NCBI GenBank assembly: GCA_017499595.2
Contig: CM039002.1
Coordinates: forward strand, 3,162,001 to 3,226,000
DNA from: Psilocybe cubensis
Taxonomy: Eukaryota
Reading direction: 5' to 3'
DNA length: 64,000 bases
Shown: positions 39,201 through 46,373 of the stretch, piece by piece
Numbering within the stretch: the first letter of the stretch is position 1
Layout: every line of letters starts with the position of its first letter
The notes under the pieces: model-generated
What the model was told of the DNA's origin: nothing
Seen by the model: the letters and a program-made list of their open reading frames with translations, nothing else
The model's database searches: none
Program-made: the position numbers and the translations under genes

Positions 39201-40137
39201 GAGAATAAATCTTGGATCTATAAGGTTCAGAACCAGGTTTCAGCTCAATAGCATGATCCCAAGGCTTCCTGTCTGGTAGCCTATCAAAAGATTCCTTTGA
39301 AAAAACACCTTTAAACTGGTGATAGTGCTTAGGGACAGTTTCTTCAAAGGTTTTCTTAGGAGAATCAGCTTGCTGATGAGACTCTTCTGCTAATCTTTGA
39401 GACATAGTAGAAGTAGCATTAATAGACTGCTTCTGAGGATGAAGGTATGAGATGAAAATTCTGTCCTCAGGCTCAATCTCAGAATCAGAAGAATCTTCAA
39501 TAGAATCATCTTCTTCTTCATCAAATTGAGGGAGTTTCCTCCTTTTGACTGCAGCTATTCTCTGCCTCTTTCTTCTGGCTCTTTTGGCTTCCATTTGGCA
39601 GTCAGAGGGACATCTAATAAACTGAACATCCCCTGTCTTCCAATCAACATCTGGATTATGGTGCCAAAGCCAAGTATGTCCAATGATAGCAGATTTGTCT
39701 CCCAAGTCACAAACAGCAAAGGTGGCCCTTTCTGTATGGTTCTTGTGTACCATAATTAAGTCTACTTCCTCATGGATAGAGCCACTCTTGTTGAGAGTAC
39801 CATCAACATTATAGACTGGAATGGCTCTAGGAAGTTTCCTTGTGTTGAGATTATGATACTTCACAAAACCAGAATGCAGAAAGAGGCCAGTAGCTCCAGA
39901 ATCAAGCAAAGCATCAACAGATAACCTTTTCTCTGTGTCCATTGTCTTTAAGATGACAGACAAATGGGTAGAGGTTTTAGGATTATGGTTGAGGATGTAG
40001 ATCTTTTCAGGGAAGGTAGAAAGAGAGGAAGAAGAAGACATGATTTCTGCACCAGAATCTGAAGACTGAGGATCAAGTCTGTCAATTTCATTTTCTAGTA
40101 CATTAAATCTATTCCATTGGGACATGTCTTTCACCAA
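36268..40137 (-). CDS. pol: Gypsy Pol: protease-RT-RNase H-integrase-chromodomain
   Basis: LLDSGAT, LRLVQDYRKLN, YMDDILI, EADSSDYA, WTDHKNL, H..GHPG..C..C, SVDFI, DRGPQF, DGQTER, GPY, chromodomain EWEVEFIKDSR..QYLVKWKNYPNEECTWEP. Confidence 0.97.
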   Translation of the reverse strand: MVKDMSQWNRFNVLENEIDRLDPQSSDSGAEIMSSSSSLSTFPEKIYILNHNPKTSTHLSVILKTMDTEKRLSVDALLDSGATGLFLHSGFVKYHNLNTRKLPRAIPVYNVDGTLNKSGSIHEEVDLIMVHKNHTERATFAVCDLGDKSAIIGHTWLWHHNPDVDWKTGDVQFIRCPSDCQMEAKRARRKRQRIAAVKRRKLPQFDEEEDDSIEDSSDSEIEPEDRIFISYLHPQKQSINATSTMSQRLAEESHQQADSPKKTFEETVPKHYHQFKGVFSKESFDRLPDRKPWDHAIELKPGSEPYRSKIYSLSPNEQKELDAFLEENLKSGRIRPSKSPMASPVFFVKKKDGSLRLVQDYRKLNEMTIKNSYPLPLISDIITKLSKAKYFTKLDVRWGFNNVRIKKGDEWKAAFRTNRGLFEPLVMFFGLTNSPATFQTMMNDIFIELIDGNVVIVYMDDILIFTETLDHHREVVKQVLQILEQNKLYLKAEKCEFEKEKIEYLGLIISQGRIEMDPVKVEGVSKWPEPENVKDVQSFLGFVNFYRRFIKDFADIAKPLHELTKKGTVWRWSLRQQEAFDQLKKKVTSSPVLIFPDDNKPYKVEADSSDYATGAVLSQEGSDGKWHPVAFMSKSLSEVERNYEIHDKEMLAIIRALDEWRHYLEGTQHSFEIWTDHKNLEYFMVAQKLSRRQARWSLFLSRFDFTLHHRPGKRSLKPDALSRRPDHKKGENDNQNVVLLKPSYFKIQALKQGHATITSAENDLLKKIREAKEMDEKVVKAVQELKKSSTKKIEGQEWSEEQGLILYRGKVYVPKDKDLRRKIVELHHDAFIAGHPGKWKTIELVSRNYWWPGMSHFIAAYTRGCDRCNRTKTFPAKPLGLLIPTEIPSDVWQCISVDFIMGLPECQGYNAIMVVVDRLSKMIHIIPTTDEVTSEGTARLYRDYVWKHHGLPIKILCDRGPQFVSRFMKELNSILGIQTASSTAYHPQTDGQTERVNQEIEQYLRLFINHRQDDWVEWLALAEFSYNNRVQASTRQTPFMLNNGRHPRMGTEPLRDSKMDTVDTFVKNMEEARKEAESALRKAADDMAKFYNRHRGTPTQYKVGDLVWLDGKDLKTDRPSKKLDDKRYGPYKITKVISPNAYELKLPSTMKIHPVFNVVKLLPYHPDIVGRKPPSRPPPVIQGENPEWEVEFIKDSRLFRNKLQYLVKWKNYPNEECTWEPAEHLKNASKAIKDFHAKHPSAPRRISAVTFDRLSFTPIINFTEPPPLLKPSKLTHPCAHCGKCALERG

Positions 40138-40145
40138 TGGTGCTT

Positions 40146-41258
40146 CTAAAAATTTTTCTTTTCCTCATCTTTCTGCTCCTTGCCTTCCAAGATTAATTTC
40201 CCAAAGTAGTCAGCCAGTTCTTCATGGGTCATAGCATTGATGTTAACTGATGATCTGCAGTTTACAGCCTTATGACCAGGCTTTCTGCACTTGAAGCAAA
40301 CAATTGGCCTAACTGACTTCCATCCAGAGTCAACCTCCATGGGAACTACATCTGGTTGCTTTGCCTGAGCACCAAAGGTCCTTAAGCTGCTGTTGGAAAA
40401 GACTGGAGGATTTGGAGTAGGCTTAGGAACAGCCTTGGGAGTTGGGGCTTTAAGAAAGGGAGAAGATGAGGAGGAGGAAAGAGACTTGGTAAAGGCCTCA
40501 CTCTGTCTCCACTGCCTATCTAGCCTAGTACTCCATTTAATCCATCCATCCAAGGTTTTGGGCATATCAGGAACATAGTAGACTGCATTCCTGAGATTTT
40601 CATTGAGCCCAGCCTTGAATTGGTCTACCAAAGCAGCATCATTATACCCAGTATCTGAGATCAGAGCCCTGAAGCTAGCAACATACTCATCAGCAGTCTG
40701 TCTGCCTTGCTTGAGCATGTGCATTTTATGCTTAGCTGTATTGGAGGGGTCTGGATCTGCAAACACTTCCCTAAATTCATAAACAAAGTCAGCCCAAAGA
40801 CCTTCTTGGGACTGAGCATTGTCTATTACTTTAGTCTTCTCATATGCCCACTTCCCAGCAGTACCTCCTTTCATATGAGATAGAGCACAAATAACTTTCT
40901 GAAAGTCATCTGTAATCCCTTTTCCATAGAAATATAATTTGAGCTGACTGAGGAAGTTTTCTGCCTTCTCCATAGAACCATCAAATGGATCTGGAGGTGA
41001 GACTTTAATGACAGAGTGTAAACAGGAAGGGGCAACATGAGGGGTAGGGAAAGAGTGAATATTTAGAGCAGCAGGTGGTGGTGGTGGTGGTGATGATGAT
41101 GGTGACTGACTGACTGGTTGCTGAGGGTGTGGTGGAGTGGATGATGACTGCTGCTGCTGTCTAAGAAAATTCAACTCTTGGGTAAGGAGCTGGACCTGAT
41201 GCATGAGCTCTTCCACAGAAGGAGTGGTGGGAGGCAATTGGGAGGGGTCCATGTCCAT
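40146..41258 (-). CDS. gag: Gypsy Gag
   Basis: PDPFDG, ALSHMKG..AGKW, LKQGRQTADEYVASF, QFKAGL, PMEVD, Zn knuckle CFKCRKPGHKAVNC. Confidence 0.95.
   Translation of the reverse strand: MDMDPSQLPPTTPSVEELMHQVQLLTQELNFLRQQQQSSSTPPHPQQPVSQSPSSSPPPPPPAALNIHSFPTPHVAPSCLHSVIKVSPPDPFDGSMEKAENFLSQLKLYFYGKGITDDFQKVICALSHMKGGTAGKWAYEKTKVIDNAQSQEGLWADFVYEFREVFADPDPSNTAKHKMHMLKQGRQTADEYVASFRALISDTGYNDAALVDQFKAGLNENLRNAVYYVPDMPKTLDGWIKWSTRLDRQWRQSEAFTKSLSSSSSSPFLKAPTPKAVPKPTPNPPVFSNSSLRTFGAQAKQPDVVPMEVDSGWKSVRPIVCFKCRKPGHKAVNCRSSVNINAMTHEELADYFGKLILEGKEQKDEEKKNF
40149..40155 (-). promoter_or_regulatory. -1 ribosomal frameshift heptamer A AAU UUU joining gag to pol
   Basis: gag ends AAA AAT TTT TAG; the -1 frame reads TTA GAA GCA CCA TTG GTG into the pol ORF. 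Confidence 0.8.
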
Positions 41259-41711
41259 GGGTAGGGGTAGGTAGGCTCTCTGATGTGTGTGTGGGAGAAG
41301 CTATCTACTAAAAGTGCCCTTGAAACTATACTAAGTATTCTAAAAAAAATATCTATCTACTGGATACCCAGTTGTCACACCACTCAGGGCTCTAAACCTA
41401 GGATCACAGGGTTACTGGATATTTCCTAGACCACCAAAAACAGAACACTAGTAGGACTGTGTCTGCCCCAACAGTTGGTATCCCTATCTACTAAGTTCAC
41501 ACACAGCACACAACAGAGAGTAGGAAAGATGATGAGCCAAAGGTTGAAGATTGGTGGAGATGTAGAGGTTGGTAAGAAGATTGGTGAAGAGGTTGATGAA
41601 GAGGTTGGTGGGTTGAAAGTGGGGGAAGAAGGTTGAGGTGATGATGTTGAAGAGGTTGAAGAGGTTGAAGAGTTTGGTGTTGAAAGAGAGATGGTGGAGT
41701 TGTCTTGAGAG

Positions 41712-41722
41712 AGCTTCAATCT
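41712..41722 (-). promoter_or_regulatory. Self-priming primer-binding site (Tf1-type)
   Basis: Element-strand AGATTGAAGCT, 2 nt after the 5' LTR, is the exact complement of AGCTTCAATCT (41899-41889), which lies ~27 nt downstream of TATAAATA (41933-41926). Confidence 0.8.
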
Positions 41723-41724
41723 TC

Positions 41725-42173
41725 TGTCAGGGCAACACTATAATTAGTGTGACAAGGCCACCAACAAAGATCAAGCAAGGAAGAGAGAGAGAGAGCAGAG
41801 GGAGAGTAAGAGAGCAAAGAGAGAATAAGAGAATAAGAGAGACTCAATGATTCTAAGAGATCACACCAATGATAGTGGATATCCTAAGAGATTGAAGCTG
41901 AAGCTACAGCTACCTACAAGTCCAGTATTTATACTCTACAGCTATTCTAGAATATTCCCTACATTACATCATAAAGGAAGGTTAAAGAATAAAAGTGACA
42001 TCATATAGAAAAAGGATGAGTAAGACTAGGAATCATATAGAATTTACTAGAAAGAAGTGGAGCAAAAAGGCTGTGATGAAAGAAATAAACTATCTAATCA
42101 GATAATTGATAAGATAATGAAAGGATAAGATAATTCTGTGAAGATAAAGAGGGAAACTGGAGAAACCCTGACA
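41725..42173 (-). repeat. Gypsy 5' LTR
   Basis: Direct repeat of 35819-36267; contains a TATA box and a CT-rich tract on the element strand. Confidence 0.95.
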
Positions 42174-42191
42174 GATTATAGGCTGAGGTTG

Positions 42192-42203
42192 GGGCCCATA
42201 ACC
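42192..42203 (-). promoter_or_regulatory. Copia PBS, half-tRNA-iMet (hemivirus) type
   Basis: GGTTATGGGCCC directly abuts the 5' LTR, the motif known from Drosophila copia-type priming by a cleaved initiator tRNA. Confidence 0.8.
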
Positions 42204-42580
42204 TATTGAACAAATATAATGGCTCAGTCAATGTAGAATAGACTGATATTCGTGTATAGTACCTATTGAACAAATATAATGGCTACACGAAGTCAATATA
42301 CGAAGGGAAACAGTAAATACGATGGTCAACTCACCTCAGTCAATGTAGAATAGACTGAGGGGAGTTGAGACGAAATTGTTCTGGTATATGTGATACGAAA
42401 ATGGCTGGGCAAATGCCCAAGCCATGCGGACCTACTCGGTGTACGTATTGTCCATGCGTGCACCTGTCTACGTACGGTCTAGACTAAAACTGAGGTCATC
42501 ACGGAGAAATAAGACAACAAGAAAATATAATCAGTCAAGAAAAGGGCGTGCATTACGAAGGCACGGTTAGAAATTCAACA
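42204..42580 (-). repeat. Copia 5' LTR
   Basis: Direct repeat of 30620-30996. Confidence 0.95.
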
Positions 42581-42720
42581 GTGTCTTCCAATTAACCCTC
42601 TTTTATCTTTTGCTTTGTCTACTTCTTTTGGATACCTTATTCTTTACAGTATAAATACAGCTATGTAGTAGCTAGAAAACAAGCATCGAATACAGAGTCT
42701 TTTAACCTGTCTATTCGACC

Positions 42721-43028
42721 CAAGGGGCCCTCCCCGGAGCTTACCGAGAAATCAACCCTACCCTTGAGGTCAAGGGAGTGGCTGTGTTCAAGCTGGTATG
42801 GCAGAGCCTGGCAAGTCACAAGCAAAATTGCCATTGTACATAATTGTATTGTGGTTCTTGTAGACCTATGTGAAGATGTTGTGAGGCGACAAAGCACGCA
42901 CTTTCTGTCGTCAATATTTGAAGTATAATTATTATCCAATTGCTCATTGGATTGTTGCTCAACACAGCCACTCCCTTGACCTCAAGGGTAGGGTTGATTT
43001 CTCGGTAAGCTCCGGGGAGGGCCCCTTG
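42721..43028. mobile_element. 308-bp MITE, hAT-like
   Basis: Perfect 68-bp TIRs (42721-42788 / 42961-43028, CAAGGGGCCC...); 8-bp TSD ATTCGACC (42713-42720, 43029-43036). Confidence 0.9.
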
Positions 43029-43040
43029 ATTCGACCTCTA

Positions 43041-45179
43041 CACAGCCGGACACTGGGCGAGGTCACGATCAAGTTACCGTGACTTCGGTCTACCGCAAGT
43101 TAGATTGCGTCAGTCACAAAAAAGAGCCGCACATGTCATTTGCAAAAATATTAATCTAAGTTTAACACATGATGATATGAGCTCAACTGATATGCACATG
43201 AGTTAAACCTATGTTGCTATACGTCAGACTCATAATTTTTTGTTCTATAGTTCCTTATCTGGAAGCAGAAATTTGGGGACTGCTCCCTCGTACCCAGCCC
43301 TGCTGCAGGGTTCAGTGACTCATATCCTCTCATAACCCTCCAATTTTTGTAGCATAGAAAGTTGTGTAGGATTAAAACATATGTTGTACATAATACATGG
43401 AGATATGGATAGTATAATACATGCACGCAGGACATACCAATGATGAGCAAACCCAACCAACCAGCATCCACCACTCCCTCGATGGCCCACCCAAACCAAC
43501 CAGCACGGACAGAGATAAATTCTCTGTATTGAAGCAGGGTCAGTGGTGTATAACGGACTATAAACGAGACGCACCTATTATCCAAATACTAAAACTCTGA
43601 TCCAAACATCTTCAAATTGAAAGCATGACCTGCCGCAGACAAATTGTAGACATTAGAAAGTATCAAAAAAATACAAACAGTCACATACCTTCTAATAAAC
43701 ATGACAGCTTTCAGCGAGCATTGAGAGATGAGGAACAAGACAGTGGTAGAAGCAAAAAGACCACATGTTGGTCATATAAATTGTAACTAATTACCCGTGC
43801 TGCTCAACGCACTTCCACACAACGGGAGGTCAGATCAATCTGACACAAGGGCACATACACCACCATGGTGCACAATAAAAAGTCATCCCATCAGAGGGAC
43901 ATAGGCTGCTGGAGAGACCTGAAAAGCGGTGGTGACTTGGAATGAGGAGACGGCGGTAGTGGTGGTTGACAACAGAGCTGTTGCAATAATTTCCGATCCT
44001 TGGCAAGAGGACGGATGGCATCATCCTTACTTTTCCGGTCTGGTATTTCGCGGTCAGATGGCATGTCTATAAACGCGGTCGTGCAGTGTCGAGAAACTTG
44101 GGTTTGACGCAGTCGGGTGAGAACCTAGAGTTCGACGAGGTTTGGAAGCTGTGTCTGACTCATTTTACATTGACTTGGATATTTCCACAGAATTTGATTA
44201 GATTCTAGCTATGATTTTCAAATGCGAGATATTTTGCATCCAACCACTGCAGGCTCCAATACATGTTTGATGTCAAACATCAACAATCAAACAGATATTA
44301 TGTAGGATATAGATGTTTGATGTCACGCACATCGGCAAAAGTGACCAGACCCCCAAATGCCTTTGATGCCTTTTACGGTAGGTCAATGTTTCATGTGACA
44401 TGATAATTTCCCACGAAACATTTGAACAAAATTTGGAGGCGCAGCAAACATTTGGAGGGCATTTTGACACTCTACAAACATTTGTGAACCTCAAAATTTA
44501 TTAACAATGATTTTGTATACTTAAAGTAAATTTTTAATCATTTATCTGCCATAAAACATTACGAAAAACATTGAACAACAATAGAAACAAAGCACAAAAG
44601 CTTGAATTCAAATTTACATGCATCCAAATGTTTACATGGATTGAAATACATGCCAAATGATTACAGGGATTGCAATTCACACAAAACAATTTTGCAAGGA
44701 GAAATTTTACTGGCCATAGCATTATTACATAACGTCAAGTCGAGTCAATTTCAGCAAAACCATGCCAGTCCATGTACAAATTAAATCGGAGATTGAACCT
44801 CAGTTTTCTGTATAATAACTTGAGATATATTCATGACACGGCCCCCAGTCCCTTTCTTTCCACTTTTATTTCCACCGCTCTGATGACTGCACTTGCTAGT
44901 GCAAAACATGCTTGCACACAGAGCAGAGCTTGAAGGTAAAGCACTGCTTTCTTGTCTCATTGGGCAACTCCAACTAACCAAGTTCTATTTCCTTTACCAA
45001 TACCTTGAATGACAATACAGCCATTTTTGTTAACTTAAATGTGAGTATATGCGCATATATGTGCATTTGACACACATATATTTCATATTTTGCTTACTAT
45101 GACTCAATCATTCTAGCTCTTCTTTAATCAAATTATGTGAGTTACGGTAACCTTGTCACATGCTTGCCCGTTGGCTGTG
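43041..45179. mobile_element. Non-autonomous TIR element with CACAGCC...GGCTGTG ends flanked by TA
   Basis: Imperfect TIRs sharing CACAGCC, GGGC.AG and GTTACCGT.ACT blocks; TA on both sides; no long ORF. Confidence 0.55.
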
Positions 45180-45562
45180 TAGTCACAAATCATATCGTTT
45201 CTGTATAGCCTCTGTTGTATTATAATTCTATTCAATGAAATTTCTCATTTGATTACTATTTATATTGTGTGATTGCCTGAAGTGGCTGCTAGGAATAAAA
45301 TATGAGCATCATTGCACGAACCAATTAAAATTTTGGGTCTCTCAAATGTTGTCCAAATGTTTTCGGGACTCTCAAAGGTTACCCAAATGATTGGGTTATA
45401 TTTAGAGCTACCTAAAACATTTGGTTTAAATCAAGGATTCGAAGTCTTTTAGACTTCCGAGTCTCTAATTAGTCAATATAAAAGGCCATTTGGGCCTTGG
45501 GGCCTTTGGACGCCTCCAAATGCCTTGGCAAGGCATTTGGGGATCTTGTCCTTTTTGCCAAT

Positions 45563-46124
45563 GCACATATTGTGTTTGACAACAAACATGCTTCAAACAT
45601 AAATTGTGTTTGAACTCTGTGTGACATCAAACACCAAATATGTTTGAGCACTGTTTGTTAAAAAATATTAGCCTGACATAATTCCTGTTTGAATAGCTGT
45701 ATAATAAGGTTCTGTAAGAGATCAACCATAAAATCCATATCTTATCTAACATGAATATCAAAAATATTTTATGTAAGCATTCAACCAGAATATTTGTCCG
45801 AAATCAAACAGATTGCCAAACAGATATGTATGAACCAATCAGATTCAAGAAAAAATGGATGTTTGATATTGATAATTGTTTGATTTTGGACAAATATTCT
45901 GGTTGAATGCTTACATAAAATATTTTTGATATTCATGTTAGATAAGATATGGATTTTATGGTTGATCTCTTACAGAACCTTATCATACAGCTATTCAAAC
46001 AGGAATTATGTCAGGCTAATATTTTTTAACAAACAGTGCTCAAACATATTTGGTGTTTGATGTCACACAGAATTCAAACACAATTTATGTTTGAAGCATG
46101 TTTGTTGTCAAACACAATATGTGC
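45563..46124. repeat. Long near-perfect inverted repeat (248-bp arms, 66-bp spacer)
   Basis: 45563-45810 is the reverse complement of 45877-46124 with about 3 mismatches. Confidence 0.92.
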
Positions 46125-46373
46125 GTGACATCAAACATATATTAGAGCCCGCAGTGAACCGGAGTCAGACGCAAATTGAAACCCAGTTCTGACTGCAGTT
46201 TTACAAACTCCGTCCTGCCGCAAGCTTAGGTCCGGACGTGTAAGCTTCCTTTCAAAACCTTGTCCGTGTGCCGCTACGGAACTGCTGTTACTCTCCGAGT
46301 CACAGTAGTCACTGGCGTCACAACACGTGACATGGGTTATATAATCATTATATCCTCTGCTCACCGCCGTGTA

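Larger units (their letters stand above)
35819..42173 (-). mobile_element. Full-length Ty3/gypsy chromovirus nested in the copia leader
   Basis: 449-bp LTRs 35819-36267 and 41725-42173 with TGTCAGGG...CCCTGACA ends; 5-bp TSD GATTA (35814-35818, 42174-42178); PPT AGAGAGGGGG. Confidence 0.97.
30620..42580 (-). mobile_element. Full-length Ty1/copia LTR retrotransposon, interrupted by a nested gypsy element
   Basis: 377-bp LTRs 30620-30996 and 42204-42580; 5-bp TSD GTGTC (30615-30619, 42581-42585); PBS GGTTATGGGCCC after the 5' LTR; PPT GAGGGGGAG before the 3' LTR. Confidence 0.97.

Noticed and set aside
41426-41719. 97-aa Ser/Thr-rich ORF in the gypsy leader
   Set aside because: TTG start and low complexity arising from TCAACCTCT repeats; no evidence it is a real gene.
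35819-42173. RIP or in-place deamination as the cause of CpG loss
   Set aside because: No stops or frameshifts, LTRs appear identical, and the older surrounding copia remains CpG-rich.
30421-46330. Giant element bounded by CACGTG..TGACG-like ends enclosing the TE pile
   Set aside because: Only ~10 bp of gapped similarity and no TSD.
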